Origin: Cupriavidus necator
GTDB lineage: Bacteria > Pseudomonadota > Gammaproteobacteria > Burkholderiales > Burkholderiaceae
DNA: 32,000 nt
Assembly (NCBI RefSeq): GCF_016127575.1
Contig: NZ_CP066019.1
Location: forward strand, 1,350,001 to 1,382,000
Direction: 5' to 3'
Shown here piece after piece: positions 16,835-24,327 of the stretch (positions within the stretch are counted from its first letter, which is position 1; each line of letters starts with the position of its first letter). The notes beneath the pieces were generated by a model. That model saw only the letters and a program-made list of their open reading frames with translations. It made no database searches and was not told the DNA's origin. The position numbers and the translations under genes are program-made.

Positions 16835-17563
16835 TCAGGCAAGGGCGCTAGCGGGTTGCAGCGGCAGCAGGCGCGTGGCCACGGCATCGCGCACGGCTTC
16901 ATCGTGGAAGATGCCGATCAGCGCGCGGCCTTCGGCCAAGGCTTCGCGGATCAGCTCGACCACCACGGCGCGGTTGTCGGCGTCCAGCGAGGCGGTGGGC
17001 TCGTCCAGCAGCAGGATCGGGTGGCCGCCGATCAGCCCGCGCGCGATGTTCACGCGCTGCTGCTCGCCGCCGGAGAAAGTGGCCGGCGGCAGGTCCCACA
17101 GCCGGCGCGGCAGGTTCAGCCGTGCCAGCAGTTCTGCCGCGCGGGCGCGGGCCTCCTCATGGCTGGCGCCGCGCTGCTGCAGCGGATCGGCCACCACGTC
17201 GAGCGCGCCGACGCGCGGAATCGCGCGCAGGAACTGGCTGACATAGCCGATCACGTCGCGGCGCAACTTCAGCACGCGTTGTTCTGGGGCGTGGGTCAGC
17301 TCGACCCACGGCTCGCCCTCGGCGCTGGTATCGCGCAGGCGGATGCTGCCTTCGGTGGCCAGGTAGTTGCCGTACAGGCAGCGCAGCAGCGTGCTCTTGC
17401 CGGTGCCGGAGGGCCCGGACAGCACCAGGCATTCGCCGCGGGTGGCATCGAAATCCATCGCGCGCAGCACCGGCAGGCGGATGCCGCCCTGGTTGTGCAG
17501 CGTAAACATCTTGCCGAGGCCGCGGACCTCGACCAGTTTCTGGGGGTGGTGTTCTGCGTGCAT
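16835..17563 (-). CDS. phnL: C-P lyase system ATP-binding protein PhnL
   Basis: ATG at 17563 gives 242 aa. Walker A GPSGTGKST, signature FSGGEQQRV, Walker B ILLLDEPT. The 468-aa track ORF is an upstream extension through phnK in another frame. Confidence 0.9.
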   Translation of the reverse strand: MHAEHHPQKLVEVRGLGKMFTLHNQGGIRLPVLRAMDFDATRGECLVLSGPSGTGKSTLLRCLYGNYLATEGSIRLRDTSAEGEPWVELTHAPEQRVLKLRRDVIGYVSQFLRAIPRVGALDVVADPLQQRGASHEEARARAAELLARLNLPRRLWDLPPATFSGGEQQRVNIARGLIGGHPILLLDEPTASLDADNRAVVVELIREALAEGRALIGIFHDEAVRDAVATRLLPLQPASALA

Positions 17564-17568
17564 CGTCG

Positions 17569-18345
17569 TCAGCCCTGCAGGATGGAAGAGACCAGCAACT
17601 GCGTGTACGGGTGCTGCGGGTCGTCGAGGATCTGGTCGGTCAGGCCTTGCTCCACCACGCGGCCGCCTTGCATGACCAGCGTGCGGTGCGCGAGCAGGCG
17701 CGCCACGGCCAGGTCGTGCGTGACCAGCACGGCGGCGAGGCCCAGGTCCGCCACCAGGCGGCGCAGCAGGTCTAGCAGGCGGGCCTGCACCGACACGTCC
17801 AGCGATGCGGTGGGCTCGTCCATGAACACCAGGCGCGGGTGCGTGACCAGGTTGCGCGCGATCTGCAAACGCTGCTGCATGCCGCCGGAGAAGGTGCCGG
17901 GCACGTCGTCCAGCCGGGCCAGGTCGATCTCCATCTTCTCCAGCCAGGTGCCGGCGACCTCGCGCAGGTTGCCGTAGTGGCGCTCGCCCACGGCCATCAG
18001 GCGCTCGGCGATATTGGCGCCGGCGCTGACCTGCATGCGCAGGCCGTCGCGCGCATGCTGGCGCACGAAGCCCCAGTCGGTGCGGGCCAGCAGCCGCAGG
18101 CGCGCGCTGGACAGCGTGGCCAGGTCGGTCAGGCCGGACTCGCGCATGTCGTAGCTGACGCTGCCGCGCTGCGCCGGCGCCTGCATCGACAAGGCCTGCA
18201 GCAACGTACTCTTGCCGGAGCCTGATTCGCCCACCACGCACAGCACCTCGCCCGGGTACAGGTCGAAGCTGACGTCATGGCAGCCGTGCAGGCCGTCCCA
18301 GGTGCGCGTCAGGTTGCGCACCGACAGCAGCGGGGTGGCGCTCAT
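17569..18345 (-). CDS. phnK: C-P lyase system ATP-binding protein PhnK
   Basis: ATG at 18345 overlaps the phnJ stop in an ATGA, giving 258 aa. Walker A GESGSGKST, signature FSGGMQQRLQIA, Walker B LVFMDEPT. Confidence 0.9.
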   Translation of the reverse strand: MSATPLLSVRNLTRTWDGLHGCHDVSFDLYPGEVLCVVGESGSGKSTLLQALSMQAPAQRGSVSYDMRESGLTDLATLSSARLRLLARTDWGFVRQHARDGLRMQVSAGANIAERLMAVGERHYGNLREVAGTWLEKMEIDLARLDDVPGTFSGGMQQRLQIARNLVTHPRLVFMDEPTASLDVSVQARLLDLLRRLVADLGLAAVLVTHDLAVARLLAHRTLVMQGGRVVEQGLTDQILDDPQHPYTQLLVSSILQG

Positions 18346-19244
18346 CGGGCACCTCCGGCAGCGGCCTTGACGGCCTGGGCCGCCTGGCGGTCGGCGCAGT
18401 ATTCGGTGTCGGAGCACACGAACAGTCGCGTGCCGGCGTCATCGGTGATGATCTCGTCCAGGTAGCTGTCGGCAGCGCCGCACTGGGCGCAGCAGCTGGA
18501 CCACTTTTCCACCGTGAAGGGATGGTCGGCGAAGTCCAGGCTCCTGACCGCGGTGTACGGCGGCACGGCATAGACGCGCTTCTCGCGCCCGGCGCCGAAC
18601 AGCATCAGCGCGGGGCTGCGGTCGAGCTTGGGATTGTCGAACTTGGGGATCGGCGACGGCCGCATCATGTAGCGCTGGTTGACGATCACGGGGTAGTCGT
18701 AGGTGGTGGCGATATGGCCGTGATGCGCGATGTCCTCATACAGCTTGACGTGCATCGCGCCGTACTCGGCCAGTGCGTGCATGGTGCGGGTCTCGCCCTC
18801 GCTCGGCTCCAGCCAGCGTAGCGGCTCGGGGATCGGCACCTGGAACACCATGGTCTGGCCCGCGTGCAACGGCGTTTCCGGAATCCGGTGACGGGTCTGG
18901 ATGATGCTGGCCTCGGCGGTGCGCTCGGTGGTCTGCACGCCGGTGACGCGGCCGAAGAAGCGGCGGATATTGATGGCGTTGGTGGTGTCGTCCGAGCCCT
19001 GGTCGATCACCTTGAGCACATCATCCTTGCCGATGATCGCGGCCGTCACCTGGATGCCGCCCGTGCCCCAGCCATAGGGCAGCGGCATTTCGCGGCTGCC
19101 GAAGGGTACCTGGTAGCCGGGAATCGCCACGGCCTTGAGCAGCGCGCGGCGCAGCATCCGCTTGGTCGACTCGTCCAGGTAGCCGAAGTTGTAGTGGTCA
19201 TCGCGGGCAATGCCCGTTGCCATGGTGGTGTCGGGGGTGGTCAT
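18342..19244 (-). CDS. phnJ: alpha-D-ribose 1-methylphosphonate 5-phosphate C-P lyase
   Basis: 300 aa. YNFGYLDESTKRMLRRALLKAVAIPGYQVPFGSREMPLPYGWGTGGIQ closely parallels E. coli PhnJ. The C-terminal Cys cluster CCAQC...FVCSDTEYC is present. ATGA overlaps occur at both ends. Confidence 0.95.
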   Translation of the reverse strand: MTTPDTTMATGIARDDHYNFGYLDESTKRMLRRALLKAVAIPGYQVPFGSREMPLPYGWGTGGIQVTAAIIGKDDVLKVIDQGSDDTTNAINIRRFFGRVTGVQTTERTAEASIIQTRHRIPETPLHAGQTMVFQVPIPEPLRWLEPSEGETRTMHALAEYGAMHVKLYEDIAHHGHIATTYDYPVIVNQRYMMRPSPIPKFDNPKLDRSPALMLFGAGREKRVYAVPPYTAVRSLDFADHPFTVEKWSSCCAQCGAADSYLDEIITDDAGTRLFVCSDTEYCADRQAAQAVKAAAGGAR

Positions 19245-20359
19245 GCCAGCGTCTCCTCTTGCGGTTGCGCCTGCACGGTAGCGGTCACGGCGCCATCCTG
19301 TTCCGCACGCAGCCGGCGCAGCAGTTCGAGGTTGGCCTGGAAGTCCACGTAGTGGGGCAGCTTCAGGTGCTGCACGAAGCCGGAGGCCTCGACGTTGTCG
19401 CTGTGGTACAGCATGAATTCGATATCGTTGGCCGGGGCGTCGGCGGCCTCGCCCAGTTCTTCGGCGCGCATGGCGCGGTCAGCCAGCGCCATCGACATGG
19501 CCTTGCGCTCGTTGTAGCCGAACACCAGCCCGTAGCCGCGCGTGAAGCGCGGGGCTTCGTCGGCATTGCCGGCGAACTGGCTCACCATCTGGCATTCGGT
19601 CAGCTCGATCTCGCCGATGGTGACGGCGAAGCCAAGCTCTTCCACGAACAGTTCGACCTCGGCCGCGCCGAAGCGGATCTCGGCCGCGAACGGGTGCGAG
19701 TTGCCGTAGCCGCGCTGGGTGGAATAGCCCATCGACAGCAGGAAACCCTCATCGGCGCGCGCCAGGTTCTGCAAGCGCGCGGCGCGGTTGGCGGGGAAGC
19801 TCAGCGGCTCGCGCGTCAGGTCGGGCGGCGTGGGGTCGCCCGCGGGAATCTGGTCGGCTTCGACCAGTTCATCCGCTTCCAGCAGGCCGGTCACGCGCGG
19901 CATGCTGGCGGCGAGGGGTTCGGGCGAGGGCGGCAGCGGCTCGGGGTCGCGGCCGGCTTCGAGCGTGAAATCCAGCAGGCGCTGGGTGTAGTCGTAGGTC
20001 GGCCCCAGCACCTGGCCGCCCGGCACGTCCTTGAACGTGGACGAGATCCGGCGCTGCAGGCGCATCGCGCCGGTATCCACCGGCTGGGTATAGCCGAAGC
20101 GCGCCAGCGTGGTGCGATAGGCGCGCAGCAGGAAGATCGCCTCGATCTGGTCACCAGCGGCCTGTTTCAGGGCCAGCGCGGCCAGGTGCGGGTCGTACAG
20201 CGAGCCCTCGGCCATCACGCGCGACACCGCCAGCGGCATCTGTTCGCGGATCTGCGCCAGCGTGAGTTCCGGCACCGCGGTATCGCCGCGGCGGTAGGCA
20301 TCGAGCATCCGGTAGGAATTGAGGATGGCGCGCTCGCCACCTTTGACGGCTACATACAT
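19241..20359 (-). CDS. phnI: C-P lyase core complex subunit PhnI
   Basis: 372 aa. MYVAVKGGERAI...AIFLLRAYRTTL... matches the PhnI N-terminal pattern. Position between phnH and phnJ. Confidence 0.92.
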   Translation of the reverse strand: MYVAVKGGERAILNSYRMLDAYRRGDTAVPELTLAQIREQMPLAVSRVMAEGSLYDPHLAALALKQAAGDQIEAIFLLRAYRTTLARFGYTQPVDTGAMRLQRRISSTFKDVPGGQVLGPTYDYTQRLLDFTLEAGRDPEPLPPSPEPLAASMPRVTGLLEADELVEADQIPAGDPTPPDLTREPLSFPANRAARLQNLARADEGFLLSMGYSTQRGYGNSHPFAAEIRFGAAEVELFVEELGFAVTIGEIELTECQMVSQFAGNADEAPRFTRGYGLVFGYNERKAMSMALADRAMRAEELGEAADAPANDIEFMLYHSDNVEASGFVQHLKLPHYVDFQANLELLRRLRAEQDGAVTATVQAQPQEETLA

Positions 20360-20360
20360 G

Positions 20361-20978
20361 TCAGTCCTCCACCAGCGTGGTGCGCGTCAGCGCGCAGAAT
20401 CGGTCGCCGCTGGCCAGCAGCAGGTCCACGCCGAGCGGGAAGCCGGCGTTGTTGGCGCGCCAGCCGGCGCGGAAGTCCGCGGGCAGCCCCGCCACGCGCA
20501 GCACCTGCGTGGTTTCGATGCCGGGGCCGCGCAGCGTGAGGGTGTCGCCTTCGGCAAGCGAGGCCACCTCCACCAGCAGCGTGGCCGAGCGGTCGGGGAA
20601 GGCCGGGTCGCCTTGCGCGCAATCCGCCAGTGCCGGTACGGCATAGCCGGCGGGCACGCAGACAAAGGCGGCGGCGCCGACATCGTCGGTCAGCGGGCAG
20701 CCGCAATGGAAGCGCAGGAACGCGCGCGCCGCGGCGGGCACGCCGGCAGGCAGCCAGACCGGGGTATCGGGATCGGCCAGCGTCAGCAGCAGCGCCGCCA
20801 GCGCGGGCGACAGGCCGCCGGGCAGGCCGCTGGCCACGGGCAGCGTCTGCAGCCGGCCCGGATGGGCAAACGCCTGCAGCGCGGCGCGGAAGACCTGCTG
20901 GGCGTCGTCGACCGGGTTGTTGAAGCCCGGCAGCAGCGAGGCGGCCGGGGCGGACAGGATCGGTTGCATGGCAGTCAT
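20361..20978 (-). CDS. phnH: C-P lyase core complex subunit PhnH
   Basis: ATG at 20978 lies 1 nt after the phnG stop, giving 205 aa. ...FNNPVDDAQQVFRAALQAFAHPGR... is the PhnH N-terminal motif. The 358-aa track ORF extends through phnG in another frame. Confidence 0.88.
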   Translation of the reverse strand: MTAMQPILSAPAASLLPGFNNPVDDAQQVFRAALQAFAHPGRLQTLPVASGLPGGLSPALAALLLTLADPDTPVWLPAGVPAAARAFLRFHCGCPLTDDVGAAAFVCVPAGYAVPALADCAQGDPAFPDRSATLLVEVASLAEGDTLTLRGPGIETTQVLRVAGLPADFRAGWRANNAGFPLGVDLLLASGDRFCALTRTTLVED

Positions 20979-20979
20979 T

Positions 20980-21468
20980 TCAGTCCTCTCCCCGGACCAT
21001 GGTGAAGAACTCGACGCGGGTCTGGGCGACGGTGGCTGCTGCGTGTGCGGCGCGCTGCGCCTGCGTGCTTGCCAACGGCGCCAGCACGAACTCCTGCACG
21101 CGCTGGTGCCAGGCCGGGCGTTGCAGCAGCGCGTCCAGCACCGCGGCCTGTTCGGCGTGGCGGGCGCTGCGGCCCTGGATATAGGCCACGCCTGCAGCGG
21201 CCCCGGCAGCGCCGTCTTCCAGCACGACCGCGCAGCGCGTGACCGTGATTTCCCCCAGGTTGAACTGGGCACCGGTACCGCCTGCGCGGGCCCGGACCAT
21301 GGCCATGCCGGACTCCGGCTTGCGCAGCAGCCGGTAGGCCGGCAGCGCTTGCGCCTGGCCAAGCCGCTGGTAAGCGCCGTCGAGCGCGTCGGCGGGCGCC
21401 GTCGCCAGGATCCGGAGCCAGGCGGCGCGGGCGGCATGGGCCTGCGCGGTTTCGCTTTGCATCATCAC
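20980..21468 (-). CDS. phnG: C-P lyase core complex subunit PhnG
   Basis: 162 aa, first gene of the string. ...MVRARAGGTGAQFNLGEITVTRCAV... and C-terminal ...TRVEFFTMVRGED match the PhnG pattern. Three consecutive ATGs lie at 21460-21468. Confidence 0.88.
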   Translation of the reverse strand: MMMQSETAQAHAARAAWLRILATAPADALDGAYQRLGQAQALPAYRLLRKPESGMAMVRARAGGTGAQFNLGEITVTRCAVVLEDGAAGAAAGVAYIQGRSARHAEQAAVLDALLQRPAWHQRVQEFVLAPLASTQAQRAAHAAATVAQTRVEFFTMVRGED

Positions 21469-21470
21469 CC

Positions 21471-21486
21471 CTATACGTCTATACGT
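21471..21486. promoter_or_regulatory. tandem CTATACGT x2 containing a HutC/GntR-type core GTCTATAC (candidate PhnF operator)
   Basis: CTATACGTCTATACGT spans 21471-21486. The core at 21477-21484 fits the GT-M-TA-K-AC consensus for the HutC subfamily of GntR regulators. It lies directly upstream of the phnG Shine-Dalgarno on the minus strand. Confidence 0.4.
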
Positions 21487-21530
21487 TTAGATGTCACTGC
21501 TTGAACACGCAGCTACTAGACCACAGGCAG

Positions 21531-21548
21531 ATGAACGTTTCATGACGG
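21531..21548 (-). promoter_or_regulatory. Pho box-like site upstream of phnG
   Basis: The minus strand reads CCGTCATgaaaCGTTCAT. This matches 14 of 18 positions of the E. coli consensus CTGTCATAWAWCTGTCAY as I remember it, with 11-bp periodicity. A third degenerate repeat, CTGTGGT, follows 4 bp on. The site lies 63-80 nt upstream of the phnG ATG. Confidence 0.5.
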
Positions 21549-21643
21549 GGCGGGGCATTGCTCGGGCACCCCGCCATCGCGGCGCGGTTGAGGCACAATC
21601 GCATGGCAATGGTGAACGCTTGATGACAAGAGGGCAGCGCGAG

Positions 21644-22378
21644 ATGTCTGATCGAGAAGTGGAACGGGGTTCCGGCGTGGCGGTATGGCGCCAGATTGGC
21701 GAGGCGCTGGCGGACGACATCCGCAAGAAGCTGTACCTGCCCGGCGAACAGCTGCCCCCTGAGCCTGAACTGGCCACGCGCTTCGCGGTCAACCGCCACA
21801 CCATCCGCCGCGCCATGGGCGAGCTGGAGTTGAGCGGCCTGGTGCGGATCGAGCAGGGCCGCGGCACCTTCGTGCAGGAGCATGCGATCGACTACGCGAT
21901 CGGACGCCGCACGCGCTTCTCGCAAAACCTGGCCGCGCAGGGCATGCGCGGACATGCCGAGATCATCGACAGCCAGGTGGTGCGCGCGCCGGAAGTGGCA
22001 AAGCAACTGGGCCTGGCGCGCACGGCGGAGATCCTGCACGTGCAGATGATCGGCAAGGCCGAAGAGCGCACCATCGACGTTGCCGAGCATTACTTTGACC
22101 TCAAGCGCTTCCCGGGCATCGACGAGGTGCTGCGCGCCAGGCAATCGGTATCGCGCGCGCTGGCGCATTTCGGCATTGCCGACTACACGCGCAAGTGGTC
22201 GCGCATCACGGCGGCCATGCCCAGCGCCCCGGTGGCGCGCCTGCTGAACCAGCCGAAGACGCGCCCGGTGCTGCAGGTGGAGGCGCTGAACGTTGATATC
22301 GACGGGGCGCCGGTGCAGTACAGCGTGGTGCGGTTTGCGGGGGACTGGGTGCAGCTGACGGTTTCCGACAGTGATTGA
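21644..22378 (+). CDS. phnF: phosphonate metabolism transcriptional regulator PhnF (GntR/HutC family)
   Basis: ATG at 21644 (alternative 21623); the track start at 21491 is unlikely. wHTH: WRQIGEALADDIRKKLYLPGEQLPPEPELATRFAVNRHTIRRAMGELELSGLVRIEQGRGTFV. C-terminal UTRA domain. Divergent from phnG. Confidence 0.9.
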   Translation: MSDREVERGSGVAVWRQIGEALADDIRKKLYLPGEQLPPEPELATRFAVNRHTIRRAMGELELSGLVRIEQGRGTFVQEHAIDYAIGRRTRFSQNLAAQGMRGHAEIIDSQVVRAPEVAKQLGLARTAEILHVQMIGKAEERTIDVAEHYFDLKRFPGIDEVLRARQSVSRALAHFGIADYTRKWSRITAAMPSAPVARLLNQPKTRPVLQVEALNVDIDGAPVQYSVVRFAGDWVQLTVSDSD

Positions 22379-22396
22379 GGCGGAGCGACGTGGCAT

Positions 22397-22430
22397 TGGT
22401 CTAGACATCCGGCTGTCATCTGCCTGCGCT
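22397..22430 (+). promoter_or_regulatory. candidate internal promoter/operator: TGGTCTAGACAT (HutC-type) plus a CTGTCAT Pho-box half-site
   Basis: GTCTAGAC at 22399-22406 is a perfect GT-M-TA-K-AC palindrome. CTGTCAT at 22413-22419 is a perfect Pho-box 7-mer. The degenerate flanking 7-mers TAGACAT and CTGCGCT keep the 11-bp spacing. The site lies 80-110 nt upstream of the DUF1045 ATG. Confidence 0.4.
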
Positions 22431-22508
22431 AAGGTGTCTGCGGTCCAGACCACAAAACCAGGGCAGACGCCGCCGCCGGGCGCCGGGCGCCGCTGGTAAC
22501 CTTGCCGC

Positions 22509-23234
22509 ATGACCTTGCCAGCGCACCGTTACGCCATCTACCTGGCGCCCTCAGATCCGTTCCGCACGTTTGGCAGCCAGTGGCTCGGCCGCGACGCCGA
22601 TACCGGCGCCGCGCTGCCCGCGCCGGCGGGCATGGCGGCGGCGCCCGACGAATGGGTCAAGGCCCCGGCGCGCTACGGCCTGCATGCCACGCTGAAGCCG
22701 CCGTTCCGGCTTGTGCAGGGCAGCAACGGGCCGATGCTCGACGCCGCTGCGCGTGACTTCGCGCGTGGCCGCGAGGCATTCGACGCACCGCTGGCGCTGT
22801 GTGCGCTGCGGGGTTTTGTGGCGTGGTGCCTGGCCGATGGCGGATCGCCACCGATGCAGGCGCTGGCCGATGCCTGCGTACTGGCATTCGAGCGCTTCCG
22901 CGCGCCGCCCACGGCCGAAGAACTCGGCCGGCGCAAACCGGACCAGTTGACCGACGAAGAGCGCCGCATGCTCGACGCATGGGGCTACCCGTATGTATTC
23001 GGTACCTTCGTCTTCCATATCACGCTGACTGGCATGCTTGATACTGCCGGCCAGCGCGCCGCCCTCGAGCGCCTGGGGGCCGCGAGCGGCAAGCTGCTGC
23101 AGGCGCCGCTTCATGTGGACGGGATCAGCGTATTCGTGCAGCCGGAGCCGGGCGACGACTTTATCGTTGCCCGCCACTACGGATTCAACGGCAGCACCAC
23201 CGACGGCGCCGGCGCGGCGCACCTGGACGCATGA
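22509..23234 (+). CDS. DUF1045-type 2H phosphoesterase-superfamily protein ('putative phosphonate metabolism protein')
   Basis: 241 aa. Two H-x-T-x motifs are present: LHATL (His59, codon 22683-22685) and FHITL (His170, codon 23016-23018). Its stop overlaps the phnN start in an ATGA at 23231-23234. Confidence 0.8.
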   Translation: MTLPAHRYAIYLAPSDPFRTFGSQWLGRDADTGAALPAPAGMAAAPDEWVKAPARYGLHATLKPPFRLVQGSNGPMLDAAARDFARGREAFDAPLALCALRGFVAWCLADGGSPPMQALADACVLAFERFRAPPTAEELGRRKPDQLTDEERRMLDAWGYPYVFGTFVFHITLTGMLDTAGQRAALERLGAASGKLLQAPLHVDGISVFVQPEPGDDFIVARHYGFNGSTTDGAGAAHLDA

Positions 23235-23821
23235 ACGCACATGGCGCGGCCGACGGACACGGCCTGTTCTACCTGATGGGGCCGTCCGGCAGCGGCAAGG
23301 ACTCGCTGCTGCGCGCGCTGCGCGAACGCCTCGGGCCGGACCACCGCATCGTCATCGCGCATCGCTATATCACCCGCGAGGCCGATGCCAACGAGGCCTC
23401 CGTTGCGCTGACCACGGATGAGTTCCGGCGCCGCCAGGCGCTCGGCTGCCTGGCGCTGGACTGGCACAGCCACGGGCTCCATTACGGCATCGGCATCGAG
23501 ATCGAGCAGTGGCTGGCCAGGGGGCTGACGGTGATCGTCAATGGCTCGCGCGAGTACCTGCCCCAAGCCGTGGCGCGCTACCCGAAGCTGTGCGCGGTGC
23601 ATGTGCGCGTCCGGCCGGAGGTGCTGGCCACGCGGCTGCGCCAGCGTGGCCGCGAGTCGGAAGAAGCGATTGCCCGGCGCCTGGCGCGCGCGGCGCAGGC
23701 CTTCACCGTGCCGGCAGGGTGCCGCCTGGTCGAGTTCGACAATAGCGGCGCCCTGGAAACCGCGGCGGAGGCGTTCGCGCGGCTGGTTGGGGCTACCTCC
23801 GATAGCGCAACATTAAGCTGA
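23231..23821 (+). CDS. phnN: ribose 1,5-bisphosphate phosphokinase PhnN
   Basis: 196 aa. P-loop LMGPSGSGKDSLL, then ...AHRYITR...LDWHSHGLHYGIGIEI...IVNGSR..., a guanylate-kinase-like PhnN pattern. Confidence 0.9.
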   Translation: MNAHGAADGHGLFYLMGPSGSGKDSLLRALRERLGPDHRIVIAHRYITREADANEASVALTTDEFRRRQALGCLALDWHSHGLHYGIGIEIEQWLARGLTVIVNGSREYLPQAVARYPKLCAVHVRVRPEVLATRLRQRGRESEEAIARRLARAAQAFTVPAGCRLVEFDNSGALETAAEAFARLVGATSDSATLS

Positions 23822-23822
23822 T

Positions 23823-23858
23823 AAGGCCGTGCCGAAGCGAAGCTTCCGGCACGGCCTT
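23823..23858. terminator. bidirectional hairpin between convergent phnN and GNAT genes
   Basis: Perfect 12-bp arms AAGGCCGTGCCG (23823-23834) / CGGCACGGCCTT (23847-23858). The loop can pair further (GAAGC/GCTTC). There is no clear U-tract on either side. Confidence 0.55.
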
Positions 23859-23862
23859 GCCA

Positions 23863-24327
23863 TCAGAGTTCGATGCTGAAACTGATGCCGTGCTCGGTGA
23901 ACCCGAGCCGGCGATAGAACTGGTGGGCCTGCAGGCGCCGCGCGTTGGACGACAGCACCAGCTTGGCCGCCCCGGCCTCGCGGGCCAGGCGCATCGCTTC
24001 ACGCATCATCGCCTTGCCGACGCCCCTGCCGCGCGCGGACGGCGCCACCACCACGGCCTCGACAATGGCCTCGGGACGCCCGTCGTGGACCATCACGGGA
24101 AATACCAGCAGGCTGAAGGTGCCCAGCGGCACCTCGTCCTCGTCCACCATCATGTAGCAGCGGTAGTCCGGATAGCGGCGCATGGTCGCGTAGCGCTCGC
24201 GCATGGTGGCCAGCGGCAGCGGCGCTTCATCGTCCATCGCGGCCAGCAGCGCGGACAGGTGCCGCAGTTCCGCGTCGGAACCGCGCACTTCACGCAGGGT
24301 AAGCACGGCTTCAGCGATGGTGTTCAT
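23863..24327 (-). CDS. GNAT acetyltransferase, PhnO-like (aminoalkylphosphonate N-acetyltransferase candidate)
   Basis: ATG at 24327 overlaps the HD gene stop in an ATGA, giving 154 aa. VEAVVVAPSARGRGVGKAMMREAMRLAREAGAAKLVLSSNARRLQAHQFYRRLGF aligns by eye with the C-terminal half of E. coli PhnO ([20 protein letters not shown]...AHRFYLREGY, from memory). The 232-aa track ORF is an extension. Confidence 0.8.
   Translation of the reverse strand: MNTIAEAVLTLREVRGSDAELRHLSALLAAMDDEAPLPLATMRERYATMRRYPDYRCYMMVDEDEVPLGTFSLLVFPVMVHDGRPEAIVEAVVVAPSARGRGVGKAMMREAMRLAREAGAAKLVLSSNARRLQAHQFYRRLGFTEHGISFSIEL

Noticed and set aside
15644-17977. 777-aa plus-strand ORF
   Set aside because: It is antisense to phnM, phnL and phnK, all of which carry diagnostic motifs on the minus strand.
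16835-18241. Long N-terminal extensions of track ORFs. Examples are phnL as 468 aa, phnH as 358 aa (20361-21437), phnC as 371 aa (26804-27919), the GNAT as 232 aa (23863-24561), the repeat protein as 300 aa (3452-4354) and the P450 as 805 aa.
   Set aside because: In each case the extension runs through the upstream gene in another frame. An internal ATG with a Shine-Dalgarno sequence or an ATGA coupling gives a product of the expected family length.
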